Positions 19,589-29,209 of a stretch of 64,000 bases of DNA are shown here, in pieces. Numbering within the stretch: position 1 is the first letter of the stretch; every line of letters begins with the position of its first letter. A model generated the notes under the pieces. The model was given only the letters and a program-made list of their open reading frames with translations, was not told the origin of the DNA and searched no databases. The position numbers and the translations under genes were made by a program. Source of the DNA: an uncultured Flavobacteriales bacterium (lineage in GTDB: Bacteria > Bacteroidota > Bacteroidia > Flavobacteriales > UBA1820); NCBI GenBank assembly GCA_938023515.1, contig CALJDR010000022.1:27226-91225 (forward strand). The letters are read 5' to 3'.

Positions 19589-19625
19589 AAAAAGGCCGCC
19601 GGGAAATTTCCCGGCGGCCTTTTTT
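19589..19625. terminator. Bidirectional rho-independent terminator between convergent genes
   Basis: AAAAAGGCCGCCGGGAAA/TTTCCCGGCGGCCTTTTT is a perfect GC-rich palindrome flanked by A and T runs. It lies 15 nt beyond the GH20 stop. Confidence 0.75.
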
Positions 19626-19639
19626 ATAAAGAGGATTGC

Positions 19640-22192
19640 TTAGTCTGCTTTGTACTGCGAGGCTACGCTCTTTTTGCCGAAACCGATGGTCACGGCTTTC
19701 ACGTTGGTCCCTTCCACCGGAACGGGGGCCGTCCAAACGGCCGATTTTTCCGAAGGAGCGGAGCCGTCCGTGGTGTAATGTACCGAAGTGCCGGGCACGG
19801 AATTGGTCATATAGAGCATACCGTCTTTGATCTCGATACCGGGGGAAGCTATACGGAAGTTGATGCCTTCTTTTTCCCAGAACGGCATTTCCTTGCGGGC
19901 GATCTTGGTCAGGTAAGCGCCCAGTTCGCGGTTGTAGGCGGCATCGCGCGCCTGTGCCCCTGCGATCAGCGACCAGTCGGGAACAGCATCCCAGGCTCTT
20001 TCGGCCAGACCGACGATCTTGGGGAAGATGTAGTATTGCATCATCTTCTCGCCCTTGATGGTTTCGCTCCAAAGCTGGCCCTGGATCCCACGGATATGCT
20101 TCTTGCCCTCTGCCGTCAGGGCTTCCTTGCGGGTGCCGTTGGCCTTGAAGGGAGCTTTATCCCAATCCAATGCGGCACCGTTCAGGCCGATACGGACAGA
20201 GCGGTATACGTCGTAGGGGAGAATATCGTACGAATTGCGTTCGTTCACCCAGCCGCCCCAGTAGAGTCCGGGCTCTTCGGCATGTTTGTTGGGGGCAAAG
20301 TCGAAATAAAGGTTGGGGGCATTGCTCAGGATGATGTCGACTCCGGCATTGGCCAGGTGGTACGGCATCTCCTCGCCGCCCCATTCGCCCACCGTATCCC
20401 AGCAATAAGCCGTAAAGCCGGCTTTCTGGAATTTGGGGTTGATAGCGCCTTTCTTGGTGGCAATCTCCATCCATCCGTAGAACTGGATACCTTTGTCGTC
20501 GAGTATCTTTTTCAGGCGTTCGGTATAGTAGTCGCGCAGATCGGCTGTAGAAGCTACTTTTCCGCTGGCGATCAGCTCATGGCAATTCGGGGAGCCCAGC
20601 CAGGAACCGCGGGGCACTTCGTCCCCTCCGGTTTGGAGGGCAACCAGCGGCACGCCGGCTTCTTGGTACATGGCCTGAAGTTCGGTCACTACCTTGTCCA
20701 TAAAGCGATATACGCCTTCATTGGCCACGCACATTACGTTGTCCTGAAAGGCCTGGGGAGAAGAGTATTTGGAAGTATCGGCCGGGTCGTGCAGCAAGTA
20801 CTCGGTGGCCTTTTCCATATCGGAATCTTTGTATTTCTCGTAGCGGTGCTTCATCGAGTAGATAGCGGCACGGGCGTGTCCCGGGGTTTCGATCTCGGGA
20901 ATAACTTCGATGTGCAGCTTCTGTGCGTATTTGAGCAGATCGATGAACTGCTGGCGGGTGAAATAGCCGTTACCGTAGGAGGTGGGGTCGTCGGCAAACG
21001 GGCCGGAACCGTAAGAGGGATGGAGCATATCCTTTTCGTCCAGCGTATGACCGCGGCGGGCGCCGAAGGTGGTGAGTTCCGGAATGCCGGGTATCTCCAG
21101 GCGCCATGCTTCGTCGTCGTTGAAATGGAAATGGAAGCGGTTCAGCTTGTAGTAAGCCATCATATCGAGCAAGCGCTCGACAGCTTCTACAGTCTGGAAA
21201 TTGCGGGCAATATCCAGGTGCATACCACGGTATTCGAGGTCCGGATAGTCGCTTATCACGACTCCGGGGGTCTTTATGGGCAGGTCCGAAGAGCCCAGGA
21301 TGCTGCGCAGGGTCTGGATACCGTAGAAGACACCGGCCGGCGAAGCGCCTGTAATGGTAGCTCCCTGCGGAGCGAGGGTCAGGTTGTAGCTTTCGCTGTT
21401 TTTCCAGGCGGCGGATTTGTCCACGGCCAGGTTGATGCGGTAGGCGCTGCTGTCGGATGCGATCTCGGCGCCGAAGTCGCTCTTCAGTTTTTCAGTCAGG
21501 AACGCCGATTCGTTTTCGAGGCCTTCCCCGGCGGATACCGCCACTTTCTTCCCGATAGTTACCGTATCGGCCGTTTCCGCCCCTTGTTTTACGGTCGGGA
21601 TGATATCGAGCGATTTAAGGGGAATGTCCAGCACGAGGTCTTTATCCTGATTGTACTGGAACTGGCCGTAAGGGTAGGGGTATTTATCCCATTTGTTACG
21701 CAGAGCAGAAGTGGCTGGGTCGAACGGGGCTACTTTCACCGGGTCCATTTTCTGGGGGGTGAGTTCCTTGCCCTGGTCGTCGCACGGTACGAAGTACATG
21801 CCCAGCGGCGCTTCTATCTCCTTGCTGGAGGAGCCACGGAAGAGGATAGTCACTTTCAGCGAATCCCCGGGAGCCAGCGTCTCGAAATATTCGGTGGGGT
21901 ATAGACGATAGAAATCGGCGATAACTTTTTCGGCCTTCACCTGCGAGGAGTCCGAATGCAGGGGAACGCGCGGGAACTGGTTGTAATACATCACCCATTT
22001 GTTGTCCAACGGCTTGTCCGAAGTGTTGTAAATGGTGAAAACCGTTTTGTAATAGGCGCTGTCAGGCCCCTGCATATTGCCTTCCATGGCCCAGGAGACT
22101 TCTACAGGCGCCTTTTCCACGCCCTGCTTTTTGGCGGAGCATCCCAGGGCCAGTGCGGCCGCTATGGATAATAAGAATAGTCTTTTAAGCAT
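19640..22192 (-). CDS. GH20 beta-N-acetylhexosaminidase lipoprotein
   Basis: It has a lipoprotein signal (ALALGCSA), the GH20 catalytic region (RFHFHFNDDEAWRLE, LQTGGDEV) and a C-terminal chitobiase-type domain. The 803-aa ORF on the opposite strand is rejected. Confidence 0.9.
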   Translation of the reverse strand: MLKRLFLLSIAAALALGCSAKKQGVEKAPVEVSWAMEGNMQGPDSAYYKTVFTIYNTSDKPLDNKWVMYYNQFPRVPLHSDSSQVKAEKVIADFYRLYPTEYFETLAPGDSLKVTILFRGSSSKEIEAPLGMYFVPCDDQGKELTPQKMDPVKVAPFDPATSALRNKWDKYPYPYGQFQYNQDKDLVLDIPLKSLDIIPTVKQGAETADTVTIGKKVAVSAGEGLENESAFLTEKLKSDFGAEIASDSSAYRINLAVDKSAAWKNSESYNLTLAPQGATITGASPAGVFYGIQTLRSILGSSDLPIKTPGVVISDYPDLEYRGMHLDIARNFQTVEAVERLLDMMAYYKLNRFHFHFNDDEAWRLEIPGIPELTTFGARRGHTLDEKDMLHPSYGSGPFADDPTSYGNGYFTRQQFIDLLKYAQKLHIEVIPEIETPGHARAAIYSMKHRYEKYKDSDMEKATEYLLHDPADTSKYSSPQAFQDNVMCVANEGVYRFMDKVVTELQAMYQEAGVPLVALQTGGDEVPRGSWLGSPNCHELIASGKVASTADLRDYYTERLKKILDDKGIQFYGWMEIATKKGAINPKFQKAGFTAYCWDTVGEWGGEEMPYHLANAGVDIILSNAPNLYFDFAPNKHAEEPGLYWGGWVNERNSYDILPYDVYRSVRIGLNGAALDWDKAPFKANGTRKEALTAEGKKHIRGIQGQLWSETIKGEKMMQYYIFPKIVGLAERAWDAVPDWSLIAGAQARDAAYNRELGAYLTKIARKEMPFWEKEGINFRIASPGIEIKDGMLYMTNSVPGTSVHYTTDGSAPSEKSAVWTAPVPVEGTNVKAVTIGFGKKSVASQYKAD

Positions 22193-22205
22193 AGATAATA
22201 TGATT

Positions 22206-23594
22206 TTATGTTAAATATATTTTCTTGTTTGCCTCATCCACCCGCATCAGGTCCGGGTAGTTGTCTTTCAGCACGCCGATCAGCTCGGGAGCCAGGCGTA
22301 CGGCCCGTTCGAACATCTCCATACAATGCTCTTTATCTCCCATAGCGCAGTACAGGGCGCAAAGATGGTAAAACACCTCGTGTGCCTCCGGGAAAAGCGT
22401 CCGGGTGGATTTCAGGATGTCCAGCGATTGCTTGGGCATACCGCGCTGGTAGAAAAAGTAAGCCAGGTCCAGATAGTCCTCCGCATTGCTTTCCGGATGG
22501 TCTATCACTTGGTTGAGGTGGGTCAGGGCATCCTCGAAGAGCTCCAGTGCCTCTTCGATTTCCCAGCACAGGCGCAGACAGTCGATGTCGTAGCTGTCGG
22601 CCGCCATTCCCTGCCGGATATAATCCAATGCCTGTTTTTTGAATCCGGCGTCGAAATGTACGGCCGCCAGCCCGTACCATCCGCGGGAAAGCTGCGGGTC
22701 GTAATGTACGGCTTTGAGGAAAAATTCGCAGGCGTTGTCGAAGTCCTCCAGTGTCTGGTAGTTCTCCGCGATGCGCATATAAGGATAAGGGTCTTCCGTA
22801 TGTTTGGCCAGAAGGAGTTCTTTGAGCGTTTCGATGACCTTTGCCGGTTCTTCGCGTTGCTCGTACAGGTCGGCCAGGTCGTAATAAGCCAGCGTACGTT
22901 CGGGGTCTATCGATATAGCGTACCCGAAGGCCCGGATAGCCGGATCCCATTTTTCATCCCGGCAATAGAAGACTCCCAGTTGGTGCCAGGCATCCGCATT
23001 GTAGGGGTCGGCGTCGATCAGCCGGTTGAAGAACCGTACGGCCTGTTCATGGTTCTGGCTGTAAGCGTAGATATCCGCCAGACGCGCGATGGCTTCGGTA
23101 TCCGCAGGGTTGGACAGTACCGCCTTCTGGAAATATTTGGCTGCCAGCCCGAGGTTGCCGACGGCGGCGTATTCCTCGCCCAGCAACACATTGATCTGGA
23201 AATAATCGTCATAGTCCGGGTATGCGGCCAGGAAACATTCGATTGCATCTTTCGGATTCTTGATGGCAGAAAAGTACATCCCTTTGGCTACCAGGTATTC
23301 AGGATTGCTGCCGGACAGAACTTCAAGCCTGTCCAACAATTCACCGGCCCGCTCGGTATTTCCATCGTAAATGAAGGCTTCAGCGCATATCAGGCTCAGT
23401 TCCGGGGAAGAGGTGTAGGTGTCCATCGCCATGGCAGCGGCGATACCAGCCTTTTCATACTGCATATTCTGCAGATAATAATCGATGATATCTTCCCAGG
23501 AGGAAGAATCGAAAAAATCGGCCGAACCGTCTTTCAGCATGGTCTCGAAACGGGAGATGAGCTCCGTTTTATCTTCTCTTGGGTTCAGGAACAT
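22206..23594 (-). CDS. TPR-repeat protein
   Basis: It has multiple 34-aa TPR-like units (AxxYFxKAxxxxP patterns) and no signal peptide. It ends 13 nt upstream of the GH20 start, so the two are probably co-transcribed. Confidence 0.75.
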   Translation of the reverse strand: MFLNPREDKTELISRFETMLKDGSADFFDSSSWEDIIDYYLQNMQYEKAGIAAAMAMDTYTSSPELSLICAEAFIYDGNTERAGELLDRLEVLSGSNPEYLVAKGMYFSAIKNPKDAIECFLAAYPDYDDYFQINVLLGEEYAAVGNLGLAAKYFQKAVLSNPADTEAIARLADIYAYSQNHEQAVRFFNRLIDADPYNADAWHQLGVFYCRDEKWDPAIRAFGYAISIDPERTLAYYDLADLYEQREEPAKVIETLKELLLAKHTEDPYPYMRIAENYQTLEDFDNACEFFLKAVHYDPQLSRGWYGLAAVHFDAGFKKQALDYIRQGMAADSYDIDCLRLCWEIEEALELFEDALTHLNQVIDHPESNAEDYLDLAYFFYQRGMPKQSLDILKSTRTLFPEAHEVFYHLCALYCAMGDKEHCMEMFERAVRLAPELIGVLKDNYPDLMRVDEANKKIYLT

Positions 23595-23713
23595 AATCTG
23601 TCTGTGCTCGTTGTCGAGCGTAAAGTTACTAAAAAGGACACGCCGGAAAACAAGCCCGCCGTATTATTTATCAACAATGGTATGATGTGTGAAAATTAGA
23701 TTGTCAGCGGGGC

Positions 23714-25057
23714 TTAGTCGTCCGAATCCGTTTTTCGCTCACCCACGATCGTCAGGGCTATTTGCCGGATGCGTTTGCGGTCGATGGCGACCACAGTGAA
23801 TAAGTAATCGCCGAAGGGTATTTCTTCGCCTTTTTTGGGGAAGGAACCGCTCATTTCCAGCAGGAAACCCGCCAAGGTGTCGGCCTCCCCCTTGTTTTCT
23901 TCGAACAATTCTTCGTCCGAGTCCTCGAAATCCATAGCCCGGTAAAAGTCTTTGAGCGCTATATTGCCTTCGAACAGGAAATGCGTATCGTCCTTGCGGG
24001 TATAAGCCGTTTCCTCTTCGTCGAATTCATCCGAGATGCTGCCTACGATCTCTTCGAGGATGTCGTCCAGAGAGATGATGCCCGAGGTGCCTCCATATTC
24101 GTCCACTACGATGGCCATATGGATCTTTTTTTCCTGGAAGTCTACCAGGATGTCGTCGATCTTCCTGTTTTCGGGGACGAAAAAAGGTTCCCGGAGCAGG
24201 GCCTGCCAGGCAAAATCGTTTTTGTCCAGATGGGCGAGCAAGTCCTTGATATACAACACCCCTATGATATGATCCGGGTCTTCGTGATAGACCGGGATGC
24301 GGGAATAGCCTTGTTTGACGATCTGGCGTTTCAGCCGGTCGAATGGGCAGTCGTCCGGTACGGAGAATAGGTCGGTACGCGGGGTCATGACCTGTTTGGC
24401 CTCGGTTTTGCCGAACGATACGATACCTTCGAGGATGCGTTTTTCATCCTCTTCGCTCAGTTCGTCGTTGCTCATTTCCAGAGCCTGGGACAGGTTGTCC
24501 ACCGAGAGGGTGGATTTAGCTTTGTGGGCGAGCAGTTTTTCCAGTCCGCGGTTCAGCAGGATGAAGGGCGCGCTGAATATTCGTGTCAGACTTACGGTGA
24601 CTGTCATCGGGGCCGCTGCGAAACGACTGAAGGATTTGTAATTGCCCGTAGCATAGACTTTGGGCAGCACTTCGCCGAAAAGCAATAGCAAAAATGTGGT
24701 GAGCGCTACCGATACGACTACCCGCAGGATGCCGTTCTCTATCACCACATAGTGGCGCAGCAGGTATTCGAATATCAGGACGATGCCTATGTTGACGAAA
24801 TTATTGACGATCAGAATGGTGGCCAGCAGGCGTTCGGGTTTGGCCAGCAGGCGGGCCGCCCCTTCTTCGGACGAACTTTTGGAGTTGCGGAACCCTTCGA
24901 TGTCCGATTTGGACAAGGAAAAGAACGCCGTTTCCGACCCGGACATCAGGGCGGAGATCATGAACAACAAAATAAGGATAAGGATATAAGCAATGGCGTG
25001 AAAATCGAAGTTTTCAGCGAAAAGGAGCAGCGGACTGCAATACGGGTCAGGATCCAA
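23714..25057 (-). CDS. CNNM/DUF21-CBS-CorC hemolysin-family membrane protein (GldE-like)
   Basis: The N-terminal DUF21 TM region contains SGSETAFFSL. It is followed by tandem CBS domains and a C-terminal CorC_HlyC-like domain. Confidence 0.8.
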   Translation of the reverse strand: MDPDPYCSPLLLFAENFDFHAIAYILILILLFMISALMSGSETAFFSLSKSDIEGFRNSKSSSEEGAARLLAKPERLLATILIVNNFVNIGIVLIFEYLLRHYVVIENGILRVVVSVALTTFLLLLFGEVLPKVYATGNYKSFSRFAAAPMTVTVSLTRIFSAPFILLNRGLEKLLAHKAKSTLSVDNLSQALEMSNDELSEEDEKRILEGIVSFGKTEAKQVMTPRTDLFSVPDDCPFDRLKRQIVKQGYSRIPVYHEDPDHIIGVLYIKDLLAHLDKNDFAWQALLREPFFVPENRKIDDILVDFQEKKIHMAIVVDEYGGTSGIISLDDILEEIVGSISDEFDEEETAYTRKDDTHFLFEGNIALKDFYRAMDFEDSDEELFEENKGEADTLAGFLLEMSGSFPKKGEEIPFGDYLFTVVAIDRKRIRQIALTIVGERKTDSDD

Positions 25058-25276
25058 ATCTGTACGGTTTAGTTAATAAGGGAAACCTCGGTTCGGACGG
25101 GTTTCGGACTTTCCGACAAAGGTAAGAAAAGTAAGATGCCTGCGCAAATATTTTGGGGATAGATGGTTAAATAATCGCGGCGATAGAAAAAACGGCTCTT
25201 TTTTAAGGGAAAAAACGCGAAAAAATCCTTAATTTCGCCCATTCTTAAGCGGGCCTTATATAGGCAGGATAAAGTT

Positions 25277-28200
25277 ATGGAAAACAAAAAGTTCAAAGAG
25301 TACAAAGGATTGGACCTGGTGGCCGTAGCCGGCGAGGAACTGGGATATTGGGACCGGAACGAGATATTCGAAAAATCCGTTTCGCAGCGCGACGGTGCGC
25401 CCTCTTTCGTGTTTTTCGAAGGGCCGCCTTCGGCCAACGGGATGCCGGGCATCCACCATGTGATGGCCCGTACGATCAAAGATATTTTCTGCCGCTACAA
25501 GACCCTCAGGGGTTATCAGGTGCACCGCAAGGCCGGATGGGATACCCACGGGCTGCCGGTGGAACTGGGGGTGGAAAAAGAACTCGGTATTACCAAAGAA
25601 GATATCGGCAAGAAGATCTCCGTAGAGGAGTACAACGACTATTGCCGCAAGGTAGTGATGCGCTATACAGACAAATGGAACGAACTCACCCGCCGCATCG
25701 GTTACTGGGTGGATATGGAACATCCGTACATCACGTACAAATCGAAATACATGGAGACCGTATGGTGGCTCCTTTCGCAGATATATGACAAAGGCCTGCT
25801 GTACAAGGGCTATACGATCCAGCCGTATTCCCCCAAGGCGGGGACGGGGCTTTCCAGCCACGAGCTGAACCAGCCCGGCTGTTACCGCGACGTGTCCGAT
25901 ACGACCATCACTTCGCAGTTCAAGGCGGTGAAGGATACGCTGCCTGAGGCTTTCCGCAAAGAGGGGGATGTCTATTTCCTGGCGTGGACTACCACCCCAT
26001 GGACGCTCCCGTCCAACACGGCGCTGGCCGTGGGAGACAAGATAGACTACGTCATTGTCCGCACGTTCAACCAGTACACCTTTGCCCCGCAGCACGTGAT
26101 CCTGGCTAAGGAACTCGTCCCGGTGGTTTTCGCCGGAAAATTCTTCGAAGCGGCGGACGATGCTGATTTTGAAAACTATAAGCCCGAAGATAAAAAGATC
26201 CCTTACCGGATAGAAGGGGAACTGAAAGGAAAAGACCTCGTAGGGTCCCGGTACGAGCAACTGATGCCGCTGGTACAGCCATACGAGCACGCAGAACAGG
26301 CTTTCCGGGTGATATCCGGGGATTATGTGACCATTTCGGACGGTACGGGTATCGTGCATATCGCCCCGACTTTCGGTGCGGACGACGCCCGGGTAGCCAA
26401 AGAGGCTGGTATCCCGCCGATGCTGGTGCTGGACAAGGCGGGTAATCCCGTTCCGCTGGTCGATCTCCAGGGCCGCTTTATCGAAGGTTTGGGAAAATAC
26501 GCCGGTATGTATGTGAAAAACGCGTACTACGAGGACGGTCAGGAACCCGAGAAAAGCCTCGACGTGCAGATCACGATCCAGCTCAAGGAGGAGAACAAAG
26601 CCTTCTCTGCGGCTAAACATACCCACTCATACCCGCATTGCTGGCGTACGGACAAACCGGTGCTGTACTACCCGCTCGATTCGTGGTTCATCAAGATCCC
26701 CGAAGTGCGTGAACGGATGAGCGAACTGAACGAAACGATCAAATGGAAACCGGCTTCCACCGGCACGGGCCGTTTCGGCAACTGGCTGGCTTCGGCCAAC
26801 GACTGGAACCTCTCTCGTTCGCGTTACTGGGGCATACCGCTGCCCATCTGGCGCACGGAAGATAAGCGGGAGGAAAAGATTATCGGCTCCGCGGCACAAC
26901 TGAAAGAAGAGATCGCCAAATCGATCAAAGCGGGCCTGATGACCGAAGACCCGTTCCCGGACTTTGTGCCCGGTGATATGAGTGAGACGAACTATGAGAA
27001 CATCGATTTCCACAAGCACCTGGTGGATAAGATCGTCCTGGTGTCCGACAGCGGGAAACCGATGCGGCGCGAGGCCGACCTGATCGACGTGTGGTTCGAT
27101 TCGGGCTCGATGCCCTTTGCCCAGTGGCACTATCCGTTCGAGAACGCCGAACTGATCGATTCCGGAGAGAGTTTCCCGGCCGATTTCATCGCCGAAGGCG
27201 TCGACCAGACCCGCGGGTGGTTCTATACCCTGCATGCCATCGCCACGATGGTCAAAGATTCGGTGGCTTACAAAAATGTGATGTCCAACGGGTTGGTACT
27301 CGACAAGAACGGACAGAAGATGTCCAAACGCCTGGGCAATGCCGTCGATCCGTTCGAGACGATCGACAAATACGGTTCCGATGCCGTGCGGTGGTACATG
27401 ATCTCCAACGCACAGCCGTGGGACAACCTGAAGTTCGATCTGGAGGGTATCGAAGAAGTGCGCCGCAAGTTCTTCGGAACGCTGTACAATACGTATTCGT
27501 TCTTCGCGCTATACGCCAATCTGGACGGTTTCGCGTATGCCGAAGCGGATATCGACTATAAAGACCGCCCGGAAATAGACCGGTGGATCCTTTCCGAACT
27601 CAATACGCTGGTGAAAGAGGTAGAGGCGGCTTTAGATGATTACGAACCGACCAAAGCGGCCCGTCTGATCCAGTATTTCGTGGGCGAGAACCTGTCCAAC
27701 TGGTTCGTACGCCTTTCGCGTCGCCGCTACTGGAAGTCGGGCGACGACCGGGACAAACTGTCGGCCTACCAGACACTTTATACCTGCCTGGAAACGGTGT
27801 CGGTGCTCATGAGCCCGATCGCGCCGTTCTTTGCCGACCGCCTGTTCCGCGACCTGAACGCCGTAACCGGCCGGGATAAGAGTCTGTCGGTGCATTTGGC
27901 CGATTTCCCGGCGTACGATGCTTCACGGGTGGACAAGGAACTGGAACGCCGGATGGAACTGGCCCAGAAGATTTGTTCGATGGGACTTTCGCTGCGCAAA
28001 CGGTGCAAGATACGGGTGCGTCAGCCGCTGGCCAAGATTATGATCCCCTGCCTGTCCGACGATTTCAGCCGGCAGATACGGGCCGTGGAGGGACTTATCC
28101 TTTCCGAGCTGAACATCAAGCAGATCGATTTGCTGTCCGATTCTTCAATGTTCGTCAAACAGATAAAGCCGGACTTTAAGAAGATGGGGCCGAAATACGG

Positions 28201-28675
28201 CAAGGATATGAAGGCAGTGGCCGCCCGTATCCAGGCGATGACCCAAGAGGAGATCGCGACGCTCGAATCGGCCGGAATCCTGAAAGTGGACGTGGACGGA
28301 CGGCAGTTCGAGGTAGCGACTGACCAGGTGGAAATAACCACGCAGGACGTGGAAGGCAGCGTGGTGGCTTCCGAGGACGGTATCACGGTGGCGTTGGATA
28401 TCACGATCGACGAAAAGCTCCGCAATGAGGGCATCGCCCGGGAAGTGGTGAACCGTATCCAGAATATGCGCAAGGAACAGGGCCTGAACGTAGGCGACCG
28501 CATCGGTATATTAATTAACGCTGCGAACAGCGTAAAATTAGCGATTGAGCAGAATATTGATTATATTTGCTTGGAAACGCTGTCGGACAGCCTGGCCTTT
28601 ACCGATTCTGCGGAAGGCGAAACGGTGGAGTTCGACGATGTAAAACTGAGTATTAACATTCTAAAGCACGTGTAG
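25277..28675 (+). CDS. ileS: Isoleucine--tRNA ligase (long form, 1132 aa)
   Basis: The class-I HIGH-type motif is PGIHHVMAR and the KMSKS motif is KMSKRLGN. A CP1 editing insertion is present and the length is typical of the family. Confidence 0.97.
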   Translation: MENKKFKEYKGLDLVAVAGEELGYWDRNEIFEKSVSQRDGAPSFVFFEGPPSANGMPGIHHVMARTIKDIFCRYKTLRGYQVHRKAGWDTHGLPVELGVEKELGITKEDIGKKISVEEYNDYCRKVVMRYTDKWNELTRRIGYWVDMEHPYITYKSKYMETVWWLLSQIYDKGLLYKGYTIQPYSPKAGTGLSSHELNQPGCYRDVSDTTITSQFKAVKDTLPEAFRKEGDVYFLAWTTTPWTLPSNTALAVGDKIDYVIVRTFNQYTFAPQHVILAKELVPVVFAGKFFEAADDADFENYKPEDKKIPYRIEGELKGKDLVGSRYEQLMPLVQPYEHAEQAFRVISGDYVTISDGTGIVHIAPTFGADDARVAKEAGIPPMLVLDKAGNPVPLVDLQGRFIEGLGKYAGMYVKNAYYEDGQEPEKSLDVQITIQLKEENKAFSAAKHTHSYPHCWRTDKPVLYYPLDSWFIKIPEVRERMSELNETIKWKPASTGTGRFGNWLASANDWNLSRSRYWGIPLPIWRTEDKREEKIIGSAAQLKEEIAKSIKAGLMTEDPFPDFVPGDMSETNYENIDFHKHLVDKIVLVSDSGKPMRREADLIDVWFDSGSMPFAQWHYPFENAELIDSGESFPADFIAEGVDQTRGWFYTLHAIATMVKDSVAYKNVMSNGLVLDKNGQKMSKRLGNAVDPFETIDKYGSDAVRWYMISNAQPWDNLKFDLEGIEEVRRKFFGTLYNTYSFFALYANLDGFAYAEADIDYKDRPEIDRWILSELNTLVKEVEAALDDYEPTKAARLIQYFVGENLSNWFVRLSRRRYWKSGDDRDKLSAYQTLYTCLETVSVLMSPIAPFFADRLFRDLNAVTGRDKSLSVHLADFPAYDASRVDKELERRMELAQKICSMGLSLRKRCKIRVRQPLAKIMIPCLSDDFSRQIRAVEGLILSELNIKQIDLLSDSSMFVKQIKPDFKKMGPKYGKDMKAVAARIQAMTQEEIATLESAGILKVDVDGRQFEVATDQVEITTQDVEGSVVASEDGITVALDITIDEKLRNEGIAREVVNRIQNMRKEQGLNVGDRIGILINAANSVKLAIEQNIDYICLETLSDSLAFTDSAEGETVEFDDVKLSINILKHV

Positions 28676-28678
28676 GCT

Positions 28679-29065
28679 ATGGAGACAAGTGAGAAAAAGG
28701 ATCGTTATTCGGATGCCGAACTGGAAGAGTTCAAGGCTCTGATACTCGAGAAGATAGCTAAGGCCGAAAGAGACTTGGAGATCATACGGGGCACTTATCT
28801 GAACCATGCCGGCAACGGTACGGAGGATACTTCGCCCACATTCAAGCCTTTCGAAGAAGGGTCGGAAACGATGTCCAAAGAAGCAAATGCACAACTTGCT
28901 GCCCGCCAGGAAAAATTTATCCGCGATTTGCGGAACGCCTTGGTGCGGATCGAGAACAAGACATATGGAATATGCCGGGTGACCGGCAAACTCATATCCA
29001 GGGAGCGGCTGTTGGCCGTGCCCCATGCTACCCTGTCGATCGAGGCAAAAAAACAACGTTTGTAA
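28679..29065 (+). CDS. DksA/TraR-family protein (Cys-poor Bacteroidetes type)
   Basis: It has a coiled-coil N-terminus and the C-terminal YGICRVTGKLISRERLLAVPHATLSIEAK. It starts 4 nt after the ileS stop. Confidence 0.8.
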   Translation: METSEKKDRYSDAELEEFKALILEKIAKAERDLEIIRGTYLNHAGNGTEDTSPTFKPFEEGSETMSKEANAQLAARQEKFIRDLRNALVRIENKTYGICRVTGKLISRERLLAVPHATLSIEAKKQRL

Positions 29066-29093
29066 GATTTCAGGCGTGGATAACAACTCGAAG

Positions 29094-29125
29094 AAAAGCT
29101 TCTGTCATTGGGCAGAAGCTTTTTT
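29094..29125 (+). terminator. Rho-independent terminator after ileS-dksA
   Basis: AAAAGCTTCTG-8 nt-CAGAAGCTTTT forms the stem, running into a T run. Confidence 0.65.
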
Positions 29126-29179
29126 GTGAAAATTTCCTGTACGGAAGCCCTTTCGTTTGCGGGGGATGCAAATTGTTTC

Positions 29180-29187
29180 TATTTTTG
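29180..29187 (+). promoter_or_regulatory. Candidate -7 box (TATTTTTG)
   Basis: It matches TAnnTTTG and ends 22 nt upstream of the ATG at 29210. Confidence 0.35.
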
Positions 29188-29209
29188 TGATTCAGCAACA
29201 AGATAAGTT

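Noticed and set aside
19493-21904. 803-aa ORF on the + strand, the longest unexplained ORF in the track
   Set aside because: It lies entirely antisense to the well-supported GH20 hexosaminidase gene. Its product is low-complexity (Gly/Val/Arg/Phe-rich) with no recognisable motif and no signal. Stop-free antisense frames are expected opposite G+C-rich, codon-biased genes.
25256-26626. 456-aa minus-strand ORF, with similar long shadow ORFs at 33138-34481, 22326-23699, 2424-3485, 13923-14951, 42079-43062, 61524-62522, 48129-49028 and 29729-30622
   Set aside because: Each lies antisense to a gene with strong family motifs (ileS, the DEAD-box helicase, TPR, TolC, the FtsX permease, queA, sufS/sufE, Sel1, M64), and none shows motifs of its own.
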